DNA from: an uncultured Candidatus Rokubacteria bacterium
Lineage (GTDB): Bacteria; Methylomirabilota; Methylomirabilia; Rokubacteriales; DASRDR01
Direction of reading: 5' to 3'
DNA length: 64,000 nucleotides
NCBI GenBank assembly: GCA_963708025.1
Contig: CAVPSB010000049.1
Location: 181,215-245,214, forward strand
The notes under the pieces are model-generated. The model made no database searches. It was not told the origin of the DNA and saw nothing but the letters and a program-made list of their open reading frames with translations. Each line of letters begins with the position of its first letter. The first letter of the stretch is position 1. Shown here in pieces: positions 28,696 through 38,866 of this stretch. The position numbers and the translations under genes were made by a program.

Positions 28696-29350
28696 TGAAC
28701 ACGAAGCCTACCCTCTTTGCGCTTTCCGAATACCCGGTGGACAAAGGTTCGCGCACAGGCGACCGGCGCGATCGGATTCCCTGGGCGACCGCGCGGGGAG
28801 GTCAGCGCGCGAGCGCCCGCATCTGGGTGAGGAGCAAGGAGCGTGCCCAGTGGCAACATCGCGCCGTTGCCCCAACACTGCGAGGGGGGCACTGTAAGAC
28901 ATCGATCGGCGGGCGTCAGCGCGCTGATGTGCAGAGCTCGTAACAATTAGGGGTAAACCCTCCATAGCAAGCGCAGCCGCCTGCGTTCAGCTCGACACGA
29001 TCACGCGACGTCGGTCGGAGGTTCAACGACGTCTCGCGCCCCGGAGATGCGGGGGTCGGCGCAGTTGTCACACACCACGGCGAGGTCGAGCTTAGATGGA
29101 TTGATACGGCTTGATACGGCGGCTGGCGCATGGGGCCCGAGTGGGCTATGCTGGCGGCGCCTGGGCGAGGGATCCCTCGCAGCGAATGGGGCGTTCGAGC
29201 GGCCTGCGATCCTGCATTGTTGACTCGTTCTCTAGGCGAGCAGACACCTTCCGTCCGTCTCGACGACGATCCGTGGCCGGGCGGGCTCGGGAGTGCGCTG
29301 GGCCCATGAGCCGCGGCCGGCGCCGGTAACCACTCGCCGAGGGAGCGCCG

Positions 29351-30295
29351 GTGTTCCGCTTCCTCTTTCGCCGCCTCGGGCAGACGCTCGCCGTCCTGGT
29401 CACGGTCTCGCTCATCGTCTTCTTCCTGATCCGGCTGATCCCCGGCGACCCGGTCATGACGATGCTTGGAAACGAGTACACCGACCAGGCGTACCGGGAG
29501 CTGCGGGAGAGGCTCGGCCTCGACCGCCCGGTCCCCGTCCAGTACGCGATGTGGCTTGGCGACGTCGCCCGCGGCGACCTCGGGTACTCGCACGTCCTCC
29601 ACGAGGACGTCCGGGTCCTGGTCCACGACGCCTTCCTGCCGACGCTGTCCCTGGTGCTCGCCTCGGTGCTGGTGGGGCTCCTGATCGCGGTGCCGTCGGG
29701 CATCGTCGCCGCGATGCGGAAGGACGGGCCCTGGGACTACGGGTCCATGGGGTTCGCCATCTTCATGTACTCGATGCCGAGCTTCTGGAAGGGCATCGTG
29801 CTCATCTGGATCTTCAGCGTCTACCTGGGGTGGTTCCCGGCCATGGGCTACGCCCACCCCTGGGTGGACGTCCGCGAGGCCGCGTGGAAGCTCGCCCTCC
29901 CGGCGATCACGCTGGGCACCTTCTTCTCGGGCTTCGTCGCCCGCATCATCCGCTCGAGCCTCCTGGAAGTCCTCGGCCAGGATTACATCAAGGCCGCCCG
30001 GGCCAAGGGCGTCCGGCGGGCGGCCCTGGTCTACCGGCACGCCCTGGCCAACGCGCTGATCCCGGTCGTCACGGTCGTGGGCCTTCAGTTCGGCACGCTG
30101 CTGGGCGGGGCCGTGCTGACCGAGACCGTGTTCGCCATTCCCGGCATGGGGCGGCTCACGGTGGGCGCCATCCTGAACCGCGACTACCAGCTCGTGCAGG
30201 CGGCCATCCTGACCGGCGTCGTGTTCGTGGTGGCCGTCAACCTGGTGGTGGACGTGCTCTACGCTTTCCTGAACCCGCGGATCCGGGTGACCTGA
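29351..30295 (+). CDS. Dipeptide/oligopeptide ABC permease (DppB/OppB type)
   Basis: LIRLIPGDPV, LGLDRPVPVQY, RSSLLEVLGQDYIKAARAKG, YAFLNPRIR. Confidence 0.95.
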   Translation: MFRFLFRRLGQTLAVLVTVSLIVFFLIRLIPGDPVMTMLGNEYTDQAYRELRERLGLDRPVPVQYAMWLGDVARGDLGYSHVLHEDVRVLVHDAFLPTLSLVLASVLVGLLIAVPSGIVAAMRKDGPWDYGSMGFAIFMYSMPSFWKGIVLIWIFSVYLGWFPAMGYAHPWVDVREAAWKLALPAITLGTFFSGFVARIIRSSLLEVLGQDYIKAARAKGVRRAALVYRHALANALIPVVTVVGLQFGTLLGGAVLTETVFAIPGMGRLTVGAILNRDYQLVQAAILTGVVFVVAVNLVVDVLYAFLNPRIRVT

Positions 30296-30303
30296 GCGCG
30301 GCC

Positions 30304-31209
30304 GTGGCGACGCTCGAAGGCGCGAGCCCGCCCTGGACGCCGACGGCCGCGGCCGCCCGCGAGGAGGCCGGGAGCGGGGTACGCCGCTGGTGGCGCCGCT
30401 TCGCGCGGAACCGGGGGGCCGTGTTCGGGCTGGCGGTCTTCCTGGCGATGGTGGCGATGGCCATCTTCGCCGACGGACTAGCGCCCTACGACCCGGTGGC
30501 CCAGGGCGTGGGCCGGGCGCTGGAGGGCCCGTCGGTCCGGCACTGGGCGGGGACCGACGGCTTCGGACGCGACATCCTGAGCCGGATCCTCCACGGGGCG
30601 CGCATCGCGCTGGTGGTGGGCGTGGTGGCGGTGGCCGCCGCCATGGTCGTCGGCGTGGGTCTGGGCCTCGTCGCCGGCTACTACGGGGGACGGCTCGACG
30701 CGATCGTGATGCGGGTGATGGACGGCCTGTTCGCGTTCCCGGTGATCTTCCTGGCCATCGCCACCATGACCGTGCTCGGCTTCGGGGTAGCGAACGTGAT
30801 CGTCGCGGTGGCGGTGGGCCTGGTGGCGCCGTTCGCCCGCGTCACGCGCGGAGACGTGCTGGCGGTTCGCGAGGAGCCCTACATCGAGGCGGCGCGGCTG
30901 GCGGGGGTCCGGACCCCGGCCATCATCCTCCGGCACGTCCTGCCCAACGTGACGGCACCCATCATCGTTCAGGCCGCCCTGTACGTGTCCGGGGCGATCA
31001 TCACCGAGGCCGGGCTGTCGTTCCTGGGCCTCGGCCCGCCCCCGCCGACTCCGGTGTGGGGCTCCATGATCGCCGAGGGTCGCAACTTCATCGTCATGGC
31101 GCCCCACGTCTCGACGATTCCGGGCCTGGTCCTCACCGTCACCGTGGTCGGGCTGAACCTGCTCGGCGACGGGCTGCGGGACACGCTGGACCCCCGCCTC
31201 CGCCGATGA
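30304..31209 (+). CDS. Dipeptide/oligopeptide ABC permease (DppC/OppC type)
   Basis: HWAGTDGFGRDILSRILHGAR, EPYIEAARLAG, RHVLPNV, NLLGDGLRDTLDPR. Confidence 0.95.
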   Translation: MATLEGASPPWTPTAAAAREEAGSGVRRWWRRFARNRGAVFGLAVFLAMVAMAIFADGLAPYDPVAQGVGRALEGPSVRHWAGTDGFGRDILSRILHGARIALVVGVVAVAAAMVVGVGLGLVAGYYGGRLDAIVMRVMDGLFAFPVIFLAIATMTVLGFGVANVIVAVAVGLVAPFARVTRGDVLAVREEPYIEAARLAGVRTPAIILRHVLPNVTAPIIVQAALYVSGAIITEAGLSFLGLGPPPPTPVWGSMIAEGRNFIVMAPHVSTIPGLVLTVTVVGLNLLGDGLRDTLDPRLRR

Positions 31210-31211
31210 GC

Positions 31212-31358
31212 GGCACCGGGCCGAGACCCGTCGCATCCCGTCGTCCTCGGTCGGAGGCGGTCCTCAGCGTATGCGGCATACGCTTCCGGCCGCCTCCTCC
31301 CTGCGTCCTTCGGACGGCCTTCGGCCTGTGGGGGCTGCTCGGGTCTCGGCCCGGTGCC
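31212..31358 (+). repeat. Structured intergenic repeat (family A, copy 3, diverged)
   Basis: Perfect 19-bp outer inverted repeat GGCACCGGGCCGAGACCCG/CGGGTCTCGGCCCGGTGCC; inner hairpin AGCGTAT-GCGGC-ATACGCT; shares CTCCCTGCGTCC and the GGACGGCCTTCGGCCTGTGGG module. Confidence 0.8.
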
Positions 31359-31399
31359 ATGCTCGGACCTACGGCCCTGGCTCGTCCGCGGATTGGCCG

Positions 31400-32380
31400 G
31401 TGAGCAGGCACGCGTCGGGCGAGCCGATCCTGGAGGTCCGCGACCTCACCGTCGAGTTCACGACCGAGCGCGGAGTGCTCCGGGCGGTGGACGGCGTGAG
31501 CTTCGCGGTGCGTCCGGGGGAGATCGTGGGGCTGGTGGGCGAGTCGGGCGCCGGCAAGTCGCTCACCTCCGAGGCGATCCTGCGCCTCGTCCCCTGCCCG
31601 CCGGGGCGGATCACGGGCGAGGTCCGCTTCCGGGGCCGGGACCTGCTCGCGCTGGACGAGGCGGCCCTGGCGCGGATCCGCGGGAAAGACATCGCGATGG
31701 TGTTCCAGAACGCGGGCGGGTCGCTGAACCCCGTGTTCCGGGTGGGCGACCAGGTGCTGGAAGCGATGACGCTTCACCTGCCCGAGTCCCGAAAGACGCT
31801 GCGGCGGCGGGTGGTGGAGACGCTGGCCCGGGTCGGCATCCCCTCGGCCGCCGCGCGGGCCCGGGACTACCCGCACCAGTTCAGCGGCGGCATGGCCCAG
31901 CGTGCGATGATCGGCATGGGCATGTCCTGCGTCCCGAGCCTCCTCATCGCCGACGAGCCCACCACGGCGCTGGACGTCACCATCCAGGCCCAGGTCCTGG
32001 CGCTCCTCCGAACCCTGGCGCGGGAGATGGGCGTCGCGGTGCTGCTCGTGTCCCACGACCTCGGGATCATCTCCCAGATGTGCCACCGGGTGGTGGTCAT
32101 GTACGCGGGACGCGTCGTCGAGGAGGCGCCGGTCGCCACCGTCTTCCGCGCCGCCGCGCACCCCTACACCCGGGCGCTGATCGACTGCCTGCCCCGGCTC
32201 GAGGGGGGCGACCGGCTGGGGGCCATCGCCGGGGTGATGCCAGGCCTCCGCGCCATTCCCACCGGCTGCCGGTTCCACCCCCGCTGCCCGCAGGCCGAGC
32301 CGCGCTGCGCCGCCGAGGAGCCGCGGCCCCGGGCGGTGGGGCCGGCTCACGTGGCGGCCTGTCACCTGGTGGGCGCCTGA
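31400..32380 (+). CDS. Peptide ABC ATP-binding protein (DppD/OppD type)
   Basis: [46 protein letters not shown]. Confidence 0.95.
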   Translation: MSRHASGEPILEVRDLTVEFTTERGVLRAVDGVSFAVRPGEIVGLVGESGAGKSLTSEAILRLVPCPPGRITGEVRFRGRDLLALDEAALARIRGKDIAMVFQNAGGSLNPVFRVGDQVLEAMTLHLPESRKTLRRRVVETLARVGIPSAAARARDYPHQFSGGMAQRAMIGMGMSCVPSLLIADEPTTALDVTIQAQVLALLRTLAREMGVAVLLVSHDLGIISQMCHRVVVMYAGRVVEEAPVATVFRAAAHPYTRALIDCLPRLEGGDRLGAIAGVMPGLRAIPTGCRFHPRCPQAEPRCAAEEPRPRAVGPAHVAACHLVGA

Positions 32381-33369
32381 TGCCGCCGCTCCTCGAGGTC
32401 CGCGACCTCGCGAAGCACTTCCCGCTGCGGGACGGCCTCCTGGGGCGCCTCACCGGGCGCCCGCCCCGCCTCCTGCGGGCCGTGGACGGGGTCAGCTTCG
32501 CCGTCGAGGCCGGCGAGACCCTGGGGCTGGTCGGCGAGTCGGGGTGCGGCAAGACCACGACCGCCCGGCTGACCCTCCGGGCGATCGAGCCCACGGCGGG
32601 GCGCATCCTCTTCGAGGGCCAGGACATCACGGCGCTCCGGCCCCGGGACCTCCTGCCGTTCCGCCGGCAGGCCCAGATCGTCTTCCAGGACCCCTACAGC
32701 TCCCTGAACCCGCGGATGACCGTCGAGCGCATCGTCGGCGAGCCGCTCCGGGTCCACCACCTGGCCACCCGCGCCGAGCTCGGCGCCCGCGTCCGCGGCC
32801 TGCTCGAGATGGTGGGCCTCCAGGGCGAGCACGCCGGGCGGTACCCCCACGAGCTGTCCGGCGGCCAGCGCCAGCGGGTCGGCATCGCCCGCGCGCTCGC
32901 GGTGGGGCCGCGGCTCGTGGTGGCCGACGAGGCGGTGTCGGCGCTGGACGTCTCGGTGCGCGCCCAGATCCTCAACCTCCTGGTGGAGCTGCGCGAGCGG
33001 CTGCACCTGGCCTACCTCTTCGTCTCCCACGACCTCGGCGTGGTCCGCTTCCTGAGCCACCGGGTCGCCGTGATGTACCTGGGCCGGCTGGTGGAGGTCG
33101 CGACGACCGCCGAGCTGTTCAAGCGGCCGCTCCACCCCTACACCCAGGCGCTCCTCGGCGCGATCCCGACCATCGGCGACGGGACCGTCTCGATGTTCGA
33201 CCAGCCGGGCCGCATCCTGGAGGGCGAGCTGCCGAGCCCGCTCGACCTCCCGCCGGGATGCCGGTTCGCGAGCCGCTGCCCCCGGCGCTTCGACCGCTGC
33301 CGGGTCGAGGACCCCCGCCTCGCGGAGGCGGAGCTCGGCCACGCGGTCGCGTGCCATCTCTACACCTAA
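32380..33369 (+). CDS. Peptide ABC ATP-binding protein (DppF/OppF type)
   Basis: [42 protein letters not shown]. Confidence 0.95.
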   Translation: MPPLLEVRDLAKHFPLRDGLLGRLTGRPPRLLRAVDGVSFAVEAGETLGLVGESGCGKTTTARLTLRAIEPTAGRILFEGQDITALRPRDLLPFRRQAQIVFQDPYSSLNPRMTVERIVGEPLRVHHLATRAELGARVRGLLEMVGLQGEHAGRYPHELSGGQRQRVGIARALAVGPRLVVADEAVSALDVSVRAQILNLLVELRERLHLAYLFVSHDLGVVRFLSHRVAVMYLGRLVEVATTAELFKRPLHPYTQALLGAIPTIGDGTVSMFDQPGRILEGELPSPLDLPPGCRFASRCPRRFDRCRVEDPRLAEAELGHAVACHLYT

Positions 33370-33381
33370 AGGAGGGTACCC

Positions 33382-35025
33382 ATGAAGAGCCGTGACGGGT
33401 TCGAAGTGGTCAACGCGCTGTGCCGCGACGAGGTGACCCGGCGCTCGGTCCTGCGCGCGCTGGGCTGGTCGGCGGTCGCCGCGGCCGGGGTGGTCCCGGC
33501 CGGCTGGGCCGCGCCGGCCTGGGCGCAGAAGCCGAAGGTGGGCGGGATGATCAAGGTCGGCGTGGACGAGAACATCGACACGCTCGACCCCCACAACACC
33601 ACCAGCATCGTCGCCTGCTCGATCCACAACAACATCTACAACGGCCTCCTGAAGACCACCTACGACGGCAAGAGCGTGGACTTCAAGCCGGAGCTGGCGC
33701 GGGAGTGGGAGATCCAGGGGGACCGGGTCCACATCTTCCGGCTCAACAAGGGGGTGACCTTCCACAACGGCGAGCCGTGCACGGCCGCCGAGGTGAAGTG
33801 GAACCTGGAGCGGGTCAAGGACAAGCAGCAGTCGCCGATCCACGCCTGGAAGCTCGATCTGCTCGAGGCCGTCGACACCCCGGACTCCCACACCGTCAAG
33901 CTGACGTTCCGCCAGCCCTTCCCCTTCCTCCGCGTGGCGCTGACGGGCTCGACCGGCCGGGCCGGCACGATCGTCAGCCCCAAGGCCGTCAAGGAGCTGG
34001 GCAAGGGGTTCGGCCGGAAGCCGGTCGGGACCGGGCCCTTCAAGTTCGTCGAGTGGAAGGAGGGCGACTCCATCCTGCTCGAGAAGAACCCCAACTACTG
34101 GGAGACCGACGCGTCGGGCGGGAAGCTGCCCTACCTCGATCGCGTGCTGATCAAGATCATCATCGAGCCGTCCACCCTGGTGGCCGCGCTCCAGACCGGC
34201 GAGGTGGACGGGGTCGCCAACGTGTCGCCCCAGTTCATGGCCCAGGTCCGCGCCGACGCGAAGCTGGCCGCCTACACCGTCACCGGCGGCAACTGGCGCT
34301 GCGTCCACTTCAACCTGACCCGCGAGCCGTTCAGCGACTTCAGCCTCCGCAAGGCGGCGGCGTTCGCGATCGACCGGAAGGAGATCGTCGACAAGGTCCA
34401 GTTCGGCGAGGCGATCGTGGCTCACGGGCCGATCTCGCCGCCCATGACCGGCTTCTACGACCCGGCGTTCTCGACCGGCAAGAACGGCCAGTACTACGAC
34501 CTCGAGGCGGCCCAGGCGTACCTGGCCCGGTCGAAGCACAAGAGCGGCGTCGAGGCGCTCCTGATCACCCCGAACACCGGCACCTACCCGCGCACGGCCG
34601 AGGCCATCCAGGCCCAGCTCGCCAAGATCAACATCAAGGTGAAGATCGAGGCCTCGGACTTCCCGACCTGGCGGCGGAAGTGGCTCCAGGAGCGCGCGTT
34701 CGACATGGTGCTGCTCCAGTGGGACGCCGACCTCGACCCGGACGAGACGATCTTCCCCGAGCTCCACTCCAAGGAGACCTGGAACGCCGGCCGCTGGAAC
34801 AACCCGGAGTTCGATCGGCTGGTGGAGGCGGCGCGGCAGGAAGCCGACCAGAAGAAGCGGAAGTCGTACTACGACCAGGCGGTGAAGCAGATCGTCGAGG
34901 AGGCGCCGGCCGCCACCATCTTCCACGCCAACGAGCAGAAGGTCTTCCACAAGTACGTGAAGGGCTTCCAGGTGGTGCCGGCCAACCTGATCAACATGCA
35001 CGGGGTCTGGCTGGACAAGGCGTAG
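33382..35025 (+). CDS. Peptide ABC substrate-binding protein (family 5), Tat signal
   Basis: RBS AAGGAGG; TRRSVLR; TLDPH, GVTFHNGEP, PVGTGPFKFVEW. Confidence 0.93.
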   Translation: MKSRDGFEVVNALCRDEVTRRSVLRALGWSAVAAAGVVPAGWAAPAWAQKPKVGGMIKVGVDENIDTLDPHNTTSIVACSIHNNIYNGLLKTTYDGKSVDFKPELAREWEIQGDRVHIFRLNKGVTFHNGEPCTAAEVKWNLERVKDKQQSPIHAWKLDLLEAVDTPDSHTVKLTFRQPFPFLRVALTGSTGRAGTIVSPKAVKELGKGFGRKPVGTGPFKFVEWKEGDSILLEKNPNYWETDASGGKLPYLDRVLIKIIIEPSTLVAALQTGEVDGVANVSPQFMAQVRADAKLAAYTVTGGNWRCVHFNLTREPFSDFSLRKAAAFAIDRKEIVDKVQFGEAIVAHGPISPPMTGFYDPAFSTGKNGQYYDLEAAQAYLARSKHKSGVEALLITPNTGTYPRTAEAIQAQLAKINIKVKIEASDFPTWRRKWLQERAFDMVLLQWDADLDPDETIFPELHSKETWNAGRWNNPEFDRLVEAARQEADQKKRKSYYDQAVKQIVEEAPAATIFHANEQKVFHKYVKGFQVVPANLINMHGVWLDKA

Positions 35026-35043
35026 TCGCTCACGTCGCCGACT

Positions 35044-35074
35044 CCCTCTCCCTCCCCGTCGGGGAGGGAGAGGG
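35044..35074 (+). terminator. Perfect 14-bp stem-loop after the peptide ABC operon (REP-like or terminator)
   Basis: CCCTCTCCCTCCCC-GTC-GGGGAGGGAGAGGG; no U-tract. Confidence 0.5.
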
Positions 35075-35092
35075 TGGAGGGGACACGGCCCG

Positions 35093-36606
35093 ATGAGCCA
35101 GGTCAGCCCGGCCGACCGCACCACCTTCGTCGAGTTCCAGGCCCGCAACCGCCGCGCCACCTGGAAGCTGACCGCCGCCTGCGCGCTCGTGGTCGGCGCG
35201 GGCGGCTTGCTCGCCGCCTTCGGCTTCATCGTCAACGTGGCGCTCGTCCTGTTCGCGGTGACGTTCGTCCCCGCCCTCGTCTTTTTCCTGCTGGGCTTCC
35301 TCGCCCTGCTGACGCCCGGGACCGGCGTGCTCAGCGATGCCCTGTTCTGGGTCGGGGGCGCGCTCCTGGGGAGCATCGCGGGGACCGTCCTGCCGTGGCT
35401 CGGGGACCACCCGGTGCTGCTCTGGGGCGCCGCCCTCCTGCTCCCGATCGGCGCGTGGCTCGCGGTGCGGTCGGTCTGGCTGGCCGCGGGCGTCGGCGAG
35501 ACGCTCCTGGAAATGGGCGCGCGCGCGGCCGCCCCCGGCGACCTGGAGGAACGCCAGCTCGTCAACGTCGTCGAGGAGATGGCGATCGCCGCCGGCATCC
35601 CGGCGCCTCGGGTGCGCCTCCTCGACGGCGCGGTCGCCAACGCGGCGGCGGCGGGCTGGGACCCGGCGGAGAGCTACGTGGTCGTCGGGCGGCGGGTGCT
35701 CGACGAGTTCGACCGCGACGCGACCCAGGGGCTGCTCGCCCACCTGGTCGGCTCGATCGGCAACGGCGACCTGCGGGGCGCGGCCCAGATCCACTCGCTC
35801 CTCTACGTCCTGGAGCTGATGATCGTGGTGGTGCTCGCTCCGTTCGCCCGCTTCTCGCGCCGGATCGCGCGGGCCTGGCTCGCCTTCCCGTTCGGGGCCG
35901 GCGGGCACGGCGAGGCGCGCGCGGAGCGGGCGCGGGTGCTGATCGGGCTCCTCGCCGAGCACCGCGCCCTCATGCAGGCGAGCGACGGCAAGCCGGGGAG
36001 CGGCTCGGCCGCGACTACTTCGGCCGCGTGGGCCGCCTCCTGGTCGTCGCGTGCCCGCCCTTCCTCGCGCTCATCCTGTTCGCCCAGGCGGCGACCGGCT
36101 TCCTGCTCCTCTTCGCGAGCGCGCCGATGGCGCTGCTCTGGCGGAGCCGCCGCTACCTGGCCGACGCGACGGCCGTTCAGCTCACGCGCAACCCCACCGG
36201 CCTCTACGGGGCCCTCGCCCGGCTCGCCGAGTGCGGGGCGGTCATCCCCGGCGGTGAGCCGCTGGCCCACCTGTTCGTCGTCGGTCCCGAGGCCGCCGCG
36301 GGCCGCGAGCAGCAATGTCGGGAGCAGGAGATGGCCCGCTGGGTCGAGAAGCGCCAGGCGGAGAGGCAGGGGCGGGCCCCGGGCGCCTCGTCCCCGGGCA
36401 CGTGGCTCGACGCCGCTGCGCAAGCGGCCAGCCTGGGCGGCGAGCTCGTGCGGAGCCAGGCAGGCTCTCGCGCCCGCGAGGACGCGGCCCGCCGCAACAC
36501 CTTCTGGGAGCGCGAGGGGCTCCTGATGGGGATGCACCCTCCCCTCCACCGGCGGCTCCGGCGGCTCCACCGGATGGGCGCCGTCCCGAGAGCAGATTCC
36601 GGCTGA
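35093..36606 (+). CDS. M48/HtpX-like membrane protein with degenerate zinc motif; frameshift near 36000
   Basis: QARNRRATW, ERQLVNVVEEMAIAAGIPAPRV, ANAAAAG, QGLLAHLVGSIGNGD | SRRYLADATAVQLTRNPTGLYGAL, MHPPLHRRLRRL. Confidence 0.8.
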
Positions 36607-36630
36607 GTGACCGCAAGGAGATTCGCGGCT

Positions 36631-36688
36631 CGGACTCCCCCTCCCCCCGGTGGGTGGGGGAGGGGGTTGGGGGGTGGGCGGGAGGTCC
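36631..36688 (+). repeat. C-rich/G-rich hairpin repeat (family B, copy 2)
   Basis: CGGACTCCCCCTCCCCCCGGTGGGTGGGGGAGGGGGTTGGGGGGTGGGCGGGAGGTCC; inverted counterpart at 37671-37752. Confidence 0.75.
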
Positions 36689-36689
36689 T

Positions 36690-37490
36690 CGCGCAGGAAG
36701 CCGTCACCGCGGCCCAGAACTCCGGGGTCCCGCCGACGTCGTTGTGATCGGCGCCGGGGATGGCGACCCAGCGCCTGGGTCCGCTCCAGGCGTCGAACAG
36801 GCGTTTCGAATGCGCCGGGGGGATGATCCCGTCGCGCTCCCCGACGATCGTGAGCATGGGGACCCTGATCGCGGGCGCGCGGGAGCGCGCGTCGAACGGG
36901 TGGCGGAGGAGGAGCCCGACCGGCAGCCACGGGTAGTGACGTCGGCCCACCTCGATCATGCTCTCGAAGGGGGAGACGAGGATCGCGCCCGCCACCGGAC
37001 GCTCGGCGGCGACGTGGGTGGCCACCGCGCTGCCGAGGCTCCGGCCGAAGAGCACGATGCGCGAGGTGTCCACGTCGGGCCGCCTGGCGAGCGCGTCGAA
37101 CACGACGAGCGCGTCGGCGAAGAGGCTCCGCTCGGACGGCTTGCCCTCGCTGGCGCCGTAACCACGATAGTTGACGAGGGCCAGCGACCAGTCGGCGGGC
37201 CAGCCTGGCCCCCGGGCCTGCCACGAGACCTCCTCGGCGTTGCCGCCGTAGTAGACGACGAGCGGGGCCGGCCCGGGAGCCGTCCCCACGAGCCAGCCGC
37301 GGAGACGCAGGCCGTCGGCCGTGTCGAAGACGAGTTCCTCGACGGGTCGGGCCAGGAGCGACGCCGGGGGTGGCCCGATCACGGGCTGGGGGAAGAACAG
37401 CAGGCTGTCCTGCATCAGGTACATGGCCGCCGGCACGCCGAGCACCGCGCCCACGAGCACTACGATCCAGCCGAGCACGCCGGGATCCAC
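36690..37490 (-). CDS. Alpha/beta hydrolase (ABHD13/Bem46-like); 3' end uncertain
   Basis: N-terminal TM, QDSLLFFP, YYGGNAE, NYRGYGASEGKPSE, nucleophile GRSLG, GERDGII, GADHND. Confidence 0.88.
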
Positions 37491-37670
37491 CCTCCAGGGT
37501 GATTCAGAGGGGCTCAGTCGGGCCGGGGGGAGCTACGCGCTCCTCCAGCTCGCCGCGGCGCCTCGGCCCTGCGGCCCTCCGTGCGCCGCGTCCCTCCGGA
37601 CGCCCCGGACCCCCCCTCCGGGTCTGCCGTCGCTCGCCACTCCAGGTCGATTCCGTCACGGCGTTTCTCG

Positions 37671-37752
37671 GGACCTCCCGCCCACCCCCCCGACCCCCCT
37701 CCCCCACCGTTCGACGGCCTTCGGCCTTTGGCTGGGGGGAGGGGGGAGCCGG
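37671..37752 (-). repeat. Family B hairpin repeat (copy 3, inverted) with the GACGGCCTTCGGCCTTTGG module in its loop
   Basis: Matches the reverse complement of 36631-36688 except for an extra ~22 bp at 37710-37731. Confidence 0.75.
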
Positions 37753-37776
37753 AGGACCCCATTCCTTCACGGCCTC

Positions 37777-38670
37777 TCAGCGGATGCGATCGAGCACCGA
37801 GAGGCCCGGCAGCGCGAGCCGGACCACGAACAGGGCCGGCGGGGCGGTGATGAAGAGGATCTTCGCGTCGTAGCCGTAGAAGGCCAGGTTCGTCGCCACC
37901 ACGGGGAGGCGCAGGATCCCGAGCGGCGTCCCGTCGGCCGCCACCACCCACACCCCGCCCGGCCCGGTGACGTAGGCGTGGCCCGCCGTGTCCACCTTCA
38001 TGCCGTCGCCCACGCCCTCGGCCTCGTGGCGCATGACGAGCCACTGCCGGCGGTTCCGGAGCGACCCGTCGGCCGCCACGTCGAAGGCGGAAACCGAGTT
38101 GTCGGCCGAGTCCACGACGTACAGCCGGGACTCGTCGGGCGAGAACGCGAGACCGTTCGGGCGCGACAGCTCGGTCGTCAGCCGCGTCAGCCCGCCGTCC
38201 GGCGCGATCCGGAACACGCCGCAGGAGTCGAGCGCCATGTAGGACGGCGCCAGGAGCGGCTCGTCGGGGCCCAGGAAGATCGGGTCCGTGAAGTACACGG
38301 CGCCGTCGGAGCGGACCACGACGTCGTTCGGGGCGTTCAGGCGCTTGCCCTCGTGGTGGGCGGCCAGGACCGTGATCGTGCCGTCGGGCTCCGTGCGGGT
38401 CACCCGGCGCCGGCCGGCCTCGCAGGTCACCAGCCGGCCGCGTGGATCGAGCGTGTTGCCGTTGGCGCCGCCGGAAGGCTGGCGGAAGATGCCGGTACGG
38501 CCCGGCCGGGTGAAGCGGATGAGGGCGTCGTTGGCGATGTCGCTGAAGACCAGGTAGCCGTCCGGCAGCATGACGGGGCCCTCGGGGAAGCCGAAGCCGT
38601 CCCCGACCTGGCGGAGACTCGCCCCGTCCACCAGGTCCCCGAACCGCCGGTCCCACACGACGTGGTCCAC
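37777..38670 (-). CDS. SMP-30/gluconolactonase/LRE family protein
   Basis: GFGFPEGPV, LVFSDIAND, ANGNTLD, LNAPNDVVVRSDGAVYFTDP, RPNGLAFSPDE, GDGMKVD. Confidence 0.92.
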   Translation of the reverse strand: MDHVVWDRRFGDLVDGASLRQVGDGFGFPEGPVMLPDGYLVFSDIANDALIRFTRPGRTGIFRQPSGGANGNTLDPRGRLVTCEAGRRRVTRTEPDGTITVLAAHHEGKRLNAPNDVVVRSDGAVYFTDPIFLGPDEPLLAPSYMALDSCGVFRIAPDGGLTRLTTELSRPNGLAFSPDESRLYVVDSADNSVSAFDVAADGSLRNRRQWLVMRHEAEGVGDGMKVDTAGHAYVTGPGGVWVVAADGTPLGILRLPVVATNLAFYGYDAKILFITAPPALFVVRLALPGLSVLDRIR

Positions 38671-38866
38671 TGGCCGGGATTATAGCGACTTGCGCCGAGC
38701 TCGGCACGTCCCGAAATCGACACGGCTGTGGCACTCGGCCGGGCACGACGTGCTATCATCCGTCATCCTGACCGAGCCGTCACCATCTCCGCCACCCACA
38801 TCTGGCCCTCCAACAACGGTGAGGCGACGGCGACGCTCACGCCGAATTGAAAATGGCCTGGCAACC

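Noticed and set aside
29101-29120. TTGATACGGC tandem 10-mer upstream of the dpp operon
   Set aside because: Single short duplication with no other support; could be slippage.
32362-35640. Very long antisense ORFs (e.g. 1092 aa here; also 4127..6163, 2626..4281, 48932..50584)
   Set aside because: Shadow frames of well-supported genes on the opposite strand, expected at this GC content; no recognisable motifs.
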